DNA of 64,000 bases from Candidatus Calescibacterium sp. (GTDB lineage: Bacteria; Calescibacteriota; Calescibacteriia; Calescibacteriales; Calescibacteriaceae): assembly GCA_032249135.1 (NCBI GenBank), contig JAVVGL010000004.1, forward strand, positions 62,760-126,759, read 5' to 3'. Within the stretch, counting starts at the first letter, position 1. Every line of letters begins with the position of its first letter. Positions 32,073 through 41,023 of the stretch are shown in pieces. The translations under genes were made by a program, and so were the position numbers. Under the pieces are notes generated by a model. It searched no databases, was not told the origin of the DNA, and saw only the letters and a list, made by a program, of their open reading frames with translations.

Positions 32073-32108
32073 TGGTCAAACATAAATTTGGAATTTTAAA
32101 ACTGAATT

Positions 32109-32843
32109 TCACTGGAAAGAAACCGAAGCATAAGCACCTACTCCGTATCCTTGCCTTATATTACTTTTTTGCCCGATCGCTCCGAATCCAAATAGACCGA
32201 TTTTTGGTTCAATTGGTTTGGTTGGAATAGAAATGTTAAGATGCATTTGAGGTTGAAACACTATTTTTTTGAGTTCCTCGTATATTCCACCAAGTTTTAG
32301 TTCAAAAGAGAGAATTTTTGGAATGAAATAAGTTCCCCCTCCTAAAAATAGAAAAACTTCATTTTGTGTTGTATGAGGGTAAAGTGCATTTATCTCTTTC
32401 TTATCTTTTGAGGGAGAAAATCTTGCTCCACCAAGTAGAGAAAATTTTAGATTTAATAGATCAAATCTAAAAAATACCATCGGACTTATTACTATTCTGT
32501 TTTGAGTAAAGGGTGTAGAACCTGTTGGAAATTCAAAAGATAGCAAAAAAGTTGGCATAGGAGAAAAATCAAGTAAGGAGATTTTGAAAGCTCCGGATAT
32601 ATCCGATAATTTCACATCTCCTTTTTCTGTTAGACCTGCTGGTATATCAGCTCTTAATCCGAAGATTTTGAGGAATGAGAATCCACCAAATGTGCCAATC
32701 AAAATATTTCTTTCGTAGTTTGAAATTTTTCTTTGTGATATAAAAGAAATTAATCCTATTTCATCTTTTACTTTATGTTCATCAAAAAACTCAGGATATC
32801 CCCAAGATATCAGAAAGTAAGAAAGGAAAAATTCTGCTAACAT
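32109..32843 (-). CDS. Hypothetical protein, probable outer-membrane beta-barrel
   Basis: Alternating hydrophobic strands, FEFPTG, C-terminal GVGAYASVSFQ. Confidence 0.5.
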   Translation of the reverse strand: MLAEFFLSYFLISWGYPEFFDEHKVKDEIGLISFISQRKISNYERNILIGTFGGFSFLKIFGLRADIPAGLTEKGDVKLSDISGAFKISLLDFSPMPTFLLSFEFPTGSTPFTQNRIVISPMVFFRFDLLNLKFSLLGGARFSPSKDKKEINALYPHTTQNEVFLFLGGGTYFIPKILSFELKLGGIYEELKKIVFQPQMHLNISIPTKPIEPKIGLFGFGAIGQKSNIRQGYGVGAYASVSFQ

Positions 32844-32932
32844 GCTTTAATAAATTTTACAAATTTGCTCGGTTTACATTTATTTTATCAGTCTACTGTT
32901 AATTTTATGGAGTCATCAGTAAATAGGATGTT

Positions 32933-33072
32933 AATAATAGTAATATTTTTTCAAAATACTTAAAATTTATATAAGGGTGTTTCTAGACAGAAGAAAAACA
33001 GAAATAATAGTAATATTTTTTCAAAATACTTAAAATTTATATAAGGGTGTTTCTAGACAGAAGAAAAACAGA
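32933..33072. repeat. Perfect 70-bp tandem duplication
   Basis: 32933-33002 is identical to 33003-33072 (AATAATAGTAAT...GAAGAAAAACAGA). Confidence 0.95.
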
Positions 33073-33448
33073 GAAAGGGAAAGAAAAAGAAAAAGAGAAA
33101 GTAAGAAATTTATTTCGTAGGAAACTAATAAAATTGGGCGTATTTCTTCTACCATCAGCATATATTATTTTTGATGGAACAAAAAATAGGATTCAGGCAC
33201 AAACATTAGTTGAGCCTCCTACACCTGCTCCAAAGATCAGGATTACTGATATGAAAGGAAAGAAAAAAAGAGAGAAAGGAAAGAAAAAAAGAGAGGAGGA
33301 AGATAATAAAATAATCAAAAGAATTTCTCCAAAATCTTTTGATTCGGATAGACAATATGAAAAAGATAAAAGGATTTTGAATAAAAAAACAGAAAAAGGA
33401 TATAGGTCTGTTTTTGAAAAGTATGGTTCAGTCGGTGAGGATGAGTGA
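33047..33448 (+). CDS. Small protein with a twin-arginine-like leader, paralog of 50355..50681
   Basis: RRKLIKLGVFLLP...IQAQTLVEPP, followed by a highly charged tail. Confidence 0.6.
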   Translation: MFLDRRKTEKGKEKEKEKVRNLFRRKLIKLGVFLLPSAYIIFDGTKNRIQAQTLVEPPTPAPKIRITDMKGKKKREKGKKKREEEDNKIIKRISPKSFDSDRQYEKDKRILNKKTEKGYRSVFEKYGSVGEDE

Positions 33449-33455
33449 TTTTTAC

Positions 33456-34835
33456 TTACTCAATTTTTTTTCTCGCTTTATAAAAGTAGTTGAGAAATCC
33501 TTTATATGAGTTAAGAATTCTCAAAGTTAGTTCCACTTTATCTCCTATTTTGAATCTATCTCCTTCCTCTAATTCGGTCCCTTGAATATATATCCTTGCA
33601 CCATTTTTGAGTTGAACGACGAGCATAGGAACAGGTGGGAATATATCAGAATATATGGTAAGATAGTCTTCCGTTAATGTGAAGACTTCCCCCTCACGAG
33701 GCAATTTGTCTTTTTTTAGATTTTTTCCTCCACATACTATGCAATAGTTTTGCATCGGAAAAATAGAGTTTTTACAATCTTCACATTTTAACCCGTATAA
33801 CCGAAGGTTTTGCTCCCTTTCTCTCCACAGCATAGATATAGAAGATTCATCTTCTGGAAATCCTATAATGTCTTTTATTTTCACATAATCTCCAAATCTC
33901 ATTTTTTTTCTCCTTTCAAATATCTTTATTATGTTTTCTTCTGACTTTCCACTTTCTCTTTTTAATAAAGCAGCTTTTATTCCGCTTCCAAAACCAACAA
34001 GAAGAACTCTCTCCCCTTCTTTTATGCTGTTTGCTATATAGGTTAGAGTTATTGGTATTTGAGCATTTCCCAAACATCCAAATGAACTTACTATATCATC
34101 TTTCATTTTGAGTGATCTCAAAATGCTCGTTGCTATCACATACGTTGGTGATGAAAAGATTATCTTATCTGATTTTGTCTTTTCCAAAACTCTTTTGAGA
34201 AGATATAAATACTCCTCCTGCGATACAAATCTTTCATCAAGACAAGATACTTTGCCATTTATGGAAGATATATCATATGTTTCTTCTGATATATGGAAAA
34301 AATCTTCTACTTTGAAGAGAGCAGGGGTATTATTTTTATTTTCTTCTTCTTTTGTAAAAAGGATTGCTCCCCCGCCATCGCTCAGACCTAAATCTATATC
34401 CCAACTTTCTCCTCTTCTTCTCTCTCCAACAGATAAAATTGCAAAATCTACTTTCTCTGTATCAACAAGATGGGCTGCAAGTTCTATAGCAGATATTACG
34501 GCTTCGGAGCCACCAGATATAAAAAATGTTTTTGTGTCTTCACTGAGATCTAATGCTACTGATAATGTTGTTGCAGGATTTTTTTCTCTCCACTCATAAG
34601 AAGATGAAACAAAAATCAAAGCTAATTTTTTATTATCTAATCTCTCGCTATCTCTGGTTAGATTGAACTTTTCAACTATTGTTTTTGCTGATTCAAAAGC
34701 CAAAGTTAGCGGATCTTCATCATAAGAAGTGAAAGCTTTTTCGTTTGGACTACGAACTCCGACCTGAGTTTTTATCTCATCAGAACTTAACCTGAAAAAA
34801 GGTATATACCCGCAAGTATATTTTATAATAGCCAC
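33456..34835 (-). CDS. HMG-CoA synthase/KASIII-like domain fused to DUF35 (Zn ribbon + OB fold)
   Basis: YIPFFRL, DEDPLTLA, GCLGNA and VGFGSG motifs; CEDC..FP..YCIVC; C-terminal GDKVELTLR..YFYKA. Confidence 0.8.
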   Translation of the reverse strand: MAIIKYTCGYIPFFRLSSDEIKTQVGVRSPNEKAFTSYDEDPLTLAFESAKTIVEKFNLTRDSERLDNKKLALIFVSSSYEWREKNPATTLSVALDLSEDTKTFFISGGSEAVISAIELAAHLVDTEKVDFAILSVGERRRGESWDIDLGLSDGGGAILFTKEEENKNNTPALFKVEDFFHISEETYDISSINGKVSCLDERFVSQEEYLYLLKRVLEKTKSDKIIFSSPTYVIATSILRSLKMKDDIVSSFGCLGNAQIPITLTYIANSIKEGERVLLVGFGSGIKAALLKRESGKSEENIIKIFERRKKMRFGDYVKIKDIIGFPEDESSISMLWREREQNLRLYGLKCEDCKNSIFPMQNYCIVCGGKNLKKDKLPREGEVFTLTEDYLTIYSDIFPPVPMLVVQLKNGARIYIQGTELEEGDRFKIGDKVELTLRILNSYKGFLNYFYKARKKIE

Positions 34836-34854
34836 TTTAATTATAATAATTTAC

Positions 34855-35754
34855 TTAAAGTGTGGAAATTCCTGCCATTTTATATAGTCTCTCTATTCTT
34901 TTTTCAATGGGCGGATGAGTTGAGAACAGTGAAAGAATTGTTGAAGAAGATAGAGGGTTTACAATGAAAAGATGGCTTGTAGCTGGGTTAGCGTCCATAG
35001 GAATTCTTTCTGCGTATCCTGCTATTTTCTTTAATGCTGATGCTAATGCGATCGGATCGCCTGAGATTTTTGCTCCGGTTTCATCTGCAAGATACTCTCT
35101 GGATCTTGATATTGCCATTTGAATTATTAATGCCGCAATCGGGGCTAATATTGCTAATGCTATAAGTCCTATTATCCCTCCTATTCCAGAATCTCTTTCA
35201 TTATCTCTGTTTCCTCCGAAGAAAAATAAGCTCCATCTTAACATGTCTGCAAGATACATTATTGCTCCTGCAATTGTTGCAGCGACAACCTGAACGAGAG
35301 TATCTCTATTTTTGATATGAGATATTTCATGAGCTAAAACCCCTCTCAGCTCTCTTTCGTTAAGTATTTTCAGTATTCCTTCTGTTACCGCTACTGCCGA
35401 TTTTGATGGTGATCTGCCGGTTGCGAAGGCATTAGGAGAGGGTGAAGGAACAATATAGAGTTTCGGTTTTGGAATGCCTGCACTAAAAGACAGTTCTTCT
35501 AAAATTCGGTGAAGTGATGGGGCTTGATCTGGAGTTAGCTCTCTTGCTCCATACATTGCGAGCACTATTTTATCTGAGAAAAAGTAAGCTAAAAAGTTCA
35601 TAATTCCAGCCATAGCAAGTGCGATTGTCATTCCAACTTTCCCACCTATGAGTTTCCCCATAAAAACCAAAAAAACCGTAAGTGCTGCAAGCAGTACAAA
35701 TGTTTTCAACCTCTGTATCATATCTTTTTCAATTATAAATCGTTTTTCTTTCAA
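34855..35754 (-). CDS. htpX: Zinc metalloprotease HtpX (start probably ATG near 35722)
   Basis: [22 protein letters not shown] and FSTHPP motifs. Confidence 0.95.
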   Translation of the reverse strand: MKEKRFIIEKDMIQRLKTFVLLAALTVFLVFMGKLIGGKVGMTIALAMAGIMNFLAYFFSDKIVLAMYGARELTPDQAPSLHRILEELSFSAGIPKPKLYIVPSPSPNAFATGRSPSKSAVAVTEGILKILNERELRGVLAHEISHIKNRDTLVQVVAATIAGAIMYLADMLRWSLFFFGGNRDNERDSGIGGIIGLIALAILAPIAALIIQMAISRSREYLADETGAKISGDPIALASALKKIAGYAERIPMDANPATSHLFIVNPLSSSTILSLFSTHPPIEKRIERLYKMAGISTL

Positions 35755-35802
35755 AGTCGGAAAATCGGAATTTTTCTTTTTGTTCGCTAAATTTTTCTTC
35801 TA

Positions 35803-36522
35803 ATGCTTTACGACAAAGAATATTTTTTGAATTCTGAAATAAAGGGAAATTTTGATGAGCTATGGTCTGTTATAAATATACTGCGGAGAGAGTGCCCATG
35901 GGATAGAAGTCAAACTGCTCAAAGTATAAAATTCAAGCTTGTGGAGGAATCGTATGAAGCAATAGACTCATTAGATAGGCAAGATTTTGAAGGGCTTGCA
36001 AAAGAACTCGGAGATGTGATCTTGGTCTGTTTGTTCATCACGAAAATTATGGAAGATGAAGGGAAATTTGACCTAAAATTCCTTTTTTCTTCCCTAATAA
36101 AAAAGCTCATTCAAAGACATCCTCATGTTTTTGGGAATAAGGATTTGAAAACCCCTGAGGAGGTTCTTCAAAATTGGGAAAAAATGAAAAAGAAAGAGGA
36201 GAAGGAAGGGAATAACTTATCTGATGTTGAGAAAATTTTCCCATCTCTGTATCTTGCTTACAGAATTTATGAGAAAAAAATTAACACGGGGGACCTGAAA
36301 ATAGATATAATTTATCTGAAAACCAGAGCTCTTGAACTTTTCTCTAAATTACTTGACCTGATTGAGAACGAAGAAAGAAGCGAAAAAGAAAAAATTGCTG
36401 ATACACTATCGGAGATTTTGCTCAACCTTGTTCTAATTTCCTTATATTTTAAAATAAATCCCGAGGAGGAGCTCAGAAAAAAGATAAAACAGCTGGAAAA
36501 GGGAGAGAAAAATAGTAGGTAA
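35803..36522 (+). CDS. mazG: MazG-family nucleotide pyrophosphohydrolase
   Basis: CPWDRSQT, EESYE, ELGD, RHPHVF and NWEKMK motifs; the second domain looks degenerate. Confidence 0.88.
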   Translation: MLYDKEYFLNSEIKGNFDELWSVINILRRECPWDRSQTAQSIKFKLVEESYEAIDSLDRQDFEGLAKELGDVILVCLFITKIMEDEGKFDLKFLFSSLIKKLIQRHPHVFGNKDLKTPEEVLQNWEKMKKKEEKEGNNLSDVEKIFPSLYLAYRIYEKKINTGDLKIDIIYLKTRALELFSKLLDLIENEERSEKEKIADTLSEILLNLVLISLYFKINPEEELRKKIKQLEKGEKNSR

Positions 36523-37922
36523 TGTATGTTTGTCAAAACTGTGGATTTTCAACTCCAAAATGGCTTGGAAGATGTCCAAATTGTGAAAGTTGGAATTCAC
36601 TAATATATGAGGAAGAAAAGAAGAAGAAAAGAAAATCAGAAATTGAAGGAAACAAAGATTCTATAATTTCACAGATAAGGCAACCGCAGAGGATAGATGA
36701 AATAAAGCAGGACTATGAGGAAAGAATAAAAACAGGGATTTCTGAACTTGATAGGGTTCTTGGTGGAGGCATAGTAAAAGGCTCTGTTATACTTTTCGGT
36801 GGGGAACCAGGGGTTGGAAAATCTACCCTTTTACTTCAATCTGCTCTCAAAATATCTGAAAAAAGTACTGTTCTTTATGTCTCATCCGAAGAATCTCATA
36901 TTCAGATTGCAAGCAGGATAAAAAGGGTTGCAGGTCAGGAAGGTGAGAACAATATAAAAAATAAAAATCTTTATTTACTTTTTGAAAATAATCTTGAAAA
37001 TACTTTTTCTTATGCAAGAAAAATTTTCAGATCTGGTGACAAAAAAGGCGGGATACTAATTCTTGATGCTGTTCAAAGTTTCTTTTCAGATAATATTGAG
37101 TCATCTGCTGGAACTATATCACAGGTGAGGGAGGTTGCATTAAAATCAGTTGAATTTGCAAGAGAAACAGGGATACCCGTGATGTTGATAGGTCATGTGA
37201 CGAAGGAGGGAATCGTTGCTGGACCGAAAGCACTTGAACATATTGTAGATGTTGTAATTTACCTTGAAGCAGAAGGTTTTTTGAGATTTTTAAGAGCAAC
37301 AAAAAATAGGTTCGGCTCAACAGGGGAGCTCGGGATATTTACAATGACAGAAAAAGGTCTTGAAGAGATAAATGATCCATCTACTGCTTTTTTAGATGAA
37401 GATATTTTGAATTTTCCTGGTGTGTGTCTTTCTGCAATTTTGGAGGGAACAAGAGTTTATATTTTAGAGGTTCAAGCTCTTGTTTCAAAGACCTATTTTT
37501 CTGTACCGCGGAGATCTTCTCAGGGGTATGATATTATGCGGCTTAGTACTCTTCTTGCGGTGCTTGAAAAATTTGCTGGAATTTCTTTCTGGGATAAGGA
37601 TGTATTTTTAAACATAGTTGGTGGTATAAAAGTTTACGATGTATCCTGCGATCTTGCAGTTGCATTATCTATTATAAGCTCATATTTTGAAATCCCTCTG
37701 GGAAAGGTAGCTGCTATCGGTGAGGTGGGGTTGCTCGGAGAGATCAGAACTCCTACATTTTTAGACAGAAGAATATCTGAGATTCGGAGAATAAGACCAG
37801 ACAAAATAATTTTGGGCAAAATCAAAGGAAATTTCTCATATCTTCACTCTGATCCCGATATAGTTTCTTTGCCATCTATTAGAGAACTTGCAGATTACAT
37901 TCGGAAATTGAAAAAAACATAG
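36522..37922 (+). CDS. radA: DNA repair protein RadA/Sms
   Basis: C4 Zn finger, GEPGVGKSTL, GHVTK, KNRFG and GEVGLLGE motifs; TAATG overlap with mazG. Confidence 0.96.
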   Translation: MYVCQNCGFSTPKWLGRCPNCESWNSLIYEEEKKKKRKSEIEGNKDSIISQIRQPQRIDEIKQDYEERIKTGISELDRVLGGGIVKGSVILFGGEPGVGKSTLLLQSALKISEKSTVLYVSSEESHIQIASRIKRVAGQEGENNIKNKNLYLLFENNLENTFSYARKIFRSGDKKGGILILDAVQSFFSDNIESSAGTISQVREVALKSVEFARETGIPVMLIGHVTKEGIVAGPKALEHIVDVVIYLEAEGFLRFLRATKNRFGSTGELGIFTMTEKGLEEINDPSTAFLDEDILNFPGVCLSAILEGTRVYILEVQALVSKTYFSVPRRSSQGYDIMRLSTLLAVLEKFAGISFWDKDVFLNIVGGIKVYDVSCDLAVALSIISSYFEIPLGKVAAIGEVGLLGEIRTPTFLDRRISEIRRIRPDKIILGKIKGNFSYLHSDPDIVSLPSIRELADYIRKLKKT

Positions 37923-37966
37923 TTCCCATCAAATTTTTTCACTCCCAAATTTGAAATGGGAAACTT

Positions 37967-38290
37967 TTATTTTCCTTTTTTTGAATTTTTGCTCTGTGAA
38001 TTTGAGTTCTTGAATGCTTTGATTAAATCCTCCCAACTTTTTGCTTTTATTGCTTCTGTTTCTATCCTTTTCAGATATTTTATATCATCTACTTTTTCCA
38101 AAAAGTTTTTGATTTGCTTTGCTTTTGATCTGCTAAATTTTGCTTGGGCAATCCTCAATATTGACTCTTTCAGACCTTTTAAAAATCCCTTCTTTAATCC
38201 TTCTCTTTTGCCTTCTTTGAATCCTTCTTCTCTTCCCCACCTATAAAAAGGAGCTTTTCTTATATCTATCTGAATTGGCATAGGCTTCAC
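37967..38290 (-). CDS. Free-standing copy of the C-terminal module of the adjacent Rpn-like protein (putative antitoxin)
   Basis: MPIQIDIRKAPFYRWGREEG... matches the internal segment of 38241..39191; ATG at 38281. Confidence 0.7.
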   Translation of the reverse strand: MKPMPIQIDIRKAPFYRWGREEGFKEGKREGLKKGFLKGLKESILRIAQAKFSRSKAKQIKNFLEKVDDIKYLKRIETEAIKAKSWEDLIKAFKNSNSQSKNSKKGK

Positions 38291-38572
38291 TTTTATTTCG
38301 CCTATGGTTTCTGAATACTTTGGTAAAATCCTCCCAATTTTCCGCTCTTATTACTTCTTTTTTTATCTTTTCCAATCGGTTTATATCATTTATCTTATCT
38401 AAGAGGTTTTTGATTTGTCTTGCCTTTGAGCTACCAAACTTCAACTTAATGTCCAACAGAATTGCTTTTTTTAGACCTTTTATAAGTCCTCTCATTTCTC
38501 CTTCCCTTAATCCTTCTTCTCTTCCCCACCTATAAAAAGGAGCTTTTCTTATATCTATCTGAATTGGCATAG
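38220..38572. repeat. 64-bp identical direct repeat marking the duplicated Rpn C-terminal module
   Basis: 38220-38283 is identical to 38509-38572; weaker similarity extends further along both modules. Confidence 0.9.
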
Positions 38573-39191
38573 ACTTTACCTTTATCTTAACATCAAATAA
38601 ACTTGCCAAAAAATTTATATCATTCATATATTTTAAAAGCTCTTTTTCACTTTTGACAATCTCTGAAATCCTTTTTACAACTTTACTGAATGTTTCTGTC
38701 CTTTCTCTATATTTGCCAGCTAAAACTCCGACCACAACCTCCTCTGGCTTCTCACTTTTTATGAAAACATCTGGGTCTATCCTCTTCATATCCAAAACTT
38801 CATATTTTAAAGTTAGTTTGGGGGTTTTGTACTCTGACGGTGGAGGTTTCCCTCTTCCAACAAATAAAACAATTTGCGTAGGTTCTTTTTTGTATTTTTC
38901 TACTATTGCATAGTAATATTTGAACATTCTTTCTGGCATGGTTTTATCCTGCTGAACCTGAATTTCTATTTGAAACATTTCATCTCCTATCTCAAATAAG
39001 ACATCCGGATAGAAGAATTTTGCTAATCTTATCTCTGCTGGAAACATTTTGATTTTACCTTCTACTTTTCTCCCGGTTGCCAACCAGATGATTTTGTTTG
39101 CAGCTTTTGAGAAAATTTCTTTCAAAATTAGATCGAACCTTTTTAGCTCCTTTTTGTATTTTTTCACCTTGTCTTTTTGGTGATTTTCCAT
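38241..39191 (-). CDS. Rpn/YhgA-like PD-(D/E)xK nuclease
   Basis: FDLILKEIF, YPDVLF...IEIQ...MPERMFKY, QIVLFVG, and an EEG/REG/KG helical repeat C-terminus. Confidence 0.8.
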   Translation of the reverse strand: MENHQKDKVKKYKKELKRFDLILKEIFSKAANKIIWLATGRKVEGKIKMFPAEIRLAKFFYPDVLFEIGDEMFQIEIQVQQDKTMPERMFKYYYAIVEKYKKEPTQIVLFVGRGKPPPSEYKTPKLTLKYEVLDMKRIDPDVFIKSEKPEEVVVGVLAGKYRERTETFSKVVKRISEIVKSEKELLKYMNDINFLASLFDVKIKVKSMPIQIDIRKAPFYRWGREEGLREGEMRGLIKGLKKAILLDIKLKFGSSKARQIKNLLDKINDINRLEKIKKEVIRAENWEDFTKVFRNHRRNKSEAYANSDRYKKSSFL

Positions 39192-39328
39192 CCTCTATTC
39201 CATACTTTTGCTTCTATTTGAATCTCAAAATTAAATTTTACTTATTATTTTTTTGGGGGGCGCATACCGCGAGGAATTAAAAAAGCGAAATACTGAAATT
39301 TTAAAGTTTCAACACTAAACTTAAAAAT

Positions 39329-41023
39329 ATGAGCAAATCTAAATTTTCAGACGGTAGAGAGGGAAAGAGAAGCGACACCGGGGTAAAAGATGAGCTTACT
39401 CCAAAAAATTGTGCATCTGATGAAACTTTATCTGGAATAAAACTCAAAGAATTCTACTCCCCAGAAGATATAAAGATAGATGAGAATTACTACAAAGAAA
39501 AACTTGGAAACCCAGGTGAATTCCCTTTCACAAGAGGGATTCATAAAAATATGTATAGGGGGAAACTTTGGACTATAAGGCAATTTTCTGGATTTGGAAG
39601 GGCGGAAGATACGAACAAAAGATGGAAATTTCTTTTAGAGCAGGGACAAACAGGACTTTCAACAGCATTTGATATGCCAACTCTTATGGGATTAGATTCA
39701 GATCATCCTCTGGCGGAAGGAGAGGTTGGGGTAGAGGGTGTCGCAATAGATACTTTGGCTGACCTTGAAAAACTTTTTGACGGAATTCCACTTGATAAAA
39801 TATCGGTTTCATTTACAATAAATGCACCTGCTATTTGGCTTTACTCTTTGTACCTTTGTCTTGCAGAAAAAAGAGGGATTGATACAAAAATTTTACGAGG
39901 TACAATTCAGAACGATATATTAAAAGAGTATCATGCTCAAAACGAATGGGTTTTTCCTCCTGAACCTTCTGTGAAACTCATTGTTGATATGTTTGAATAC
40001 TCTGCATCACATACTCCTAAATTTAATATAATTTCTGTTTCAGGATATCATATAAGAGAGGCTGGTTCTGACGCAATTCAAGAACTTGCTTTCACTCTTG
40101 CTGATGGTTTTGCTTATGTAGAAGCTGGGATTCAAAGAGGACTTGATGTTGATGTCTTTGCTCCTATGATTTCATTTTTCTTCAACTGCCATATAGATTT
40201 TTTTGAAGAGATTGCAAAATTCAGAGCTGCAAGAAGGATATGGGCAAGATATATGAAAGAAAGATATAATGCGAAAAATCCTCGCTCGTTGATGCTCAGA
40301 TTCCACACTCAAACTGCTGGATGTTCTCTTACGGCTCAGCAACCAGAGGTAAATATAATAAGAACAACGATAGAGGCTCTTGCAGCTGTTTTGGGAGGAA
40401 CGCAATCTTTGCATACAAATTCTTTTGATGAAGCTATATCTTTGCCATCTGAACTTGCGGCAAGAGTTGCAGTCAGAACTCAGCAGGTAATAGCTTATGA
40501 AAGTGGTGTCGCATCTGTTGTTGACCCTCTTGCAGGTTCTTTTTATGTGGAATGGCTAACAGGTAGAATGGAAGAGGAGGCTGAGAAATACTTTGAAAAA
40601 ATACTCAAAATGGGTAATGGCTCTTTTTATGCGGGAGTTATTGAAGGTATAAAAAGTGGATTTTTCAGAAAGGAGATAGCGAGAGCTTCTTTTGAGTTCC
40701 AAAGTAAAGTTGAAAGAGGTGAGAGAATAATCGTTGGTGTTAATGCATTTGAAGAAGATGACGGGTTGAAATTTGAGTTTCCAAAATTTAAACTTCCTCC
40801 TTCTTGCCAAGAAGAGCAGATAAAATTCTTGAAGTATATAAAGTCAATAAGAGATAACAGGGCAGTTTTGCAGAAACTGAATGAGCTAAAATCTGCTGCA
40901 AAGCAAGGGAAAAATCTCGTTCCTTTTATAAAAGATGCTGTCAGAGAGTATGCAACGGAGGGTGAAATAATGGATACATTAAAAGAAGTTTATGGAGAAT
41001 TTCTTGATCTGAAGACGCTTTAA
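39329..41023 (+). CDS. Acyl-CoA mutase large subunit, isobutyryl-CoA mutase-like
   Basis: PGEFPFTRG, WTIRQFSG (Phe), ILKEYHAQ (Gln), SGYHIREAG and LHTNS motifs; no B12-binding domain. Confidence 0.85.
   Translation: MSKSKFSDGREGKRSDTGVKDELTPKNCASDETLSGIKLKEFYSPEDIKIDENYYKEKLGNPGEFPFTRGIHKNMYRGKLWTIRQFSGFGRAEDTNKRWKFLLEQGQTGLSTAFDMPTLMGLDSDHPLAEGEVGVEGVAIDTLADLEKLFDGIPLDKISVSFTINAPAIWLYSLYLCLAEKRGIDTKILRGTIQNDILKEYHAQNEWVFPPEPSVKLIVDMFEYSASHTPKFNIISVSGYHIREAGSDAIQELAFTLADGFAYVEAGIQRGLDVDVFAPMISFFFNCHIDFFEEIAKFRAARRIWARYMKERYNAKNPRSLMLRFHTQTAGCSLTAQQPEVNIIRTTIEALAAVLGGTQSLHTNSFDEAISLPSELAARVAVRTQQVIAYESGVASVVDPLAGSFYVEWLTGRMEEEAEKYFEKILKMGNGSFYAGVIEGIKSGFFRKEIARASFEFQSKVERGERIIVGVNAFEEDDGLKFEFPKFKLPPSCQEEQIKFLKYIKSIRDNRAVLQKLNELKSAAKQGKNLVPFIKDAVREYATEGEIMDTLKEVYGEFLDLKTL

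Noticed and set aside
32933-33072. Possible CRISPR array
   Set aside because: Two contiguous 70-bp copies with no spacers, and no cas genes in the window.
37921-37965. Inverted repeat between convergent radA and the Rpn module (AGTTCCCAT...ATGGGAAACT)
   Set aside because: Imperfect stem with a long loop; it may be a terminator but the support is too weak to call.
37967-39191. Transposase / IS element
   Set aside because: Rpn/YhgA proteins are often labelled transposases, but I saw no DDE motif, terminal inverted repeats or target duplication.
39240-39328. Possible cobalamin riboswitch upstream of the mutase
   Set aside because: The GC patch is too short and I found no B12-box; an Infernal/Rfam scan would settle it.
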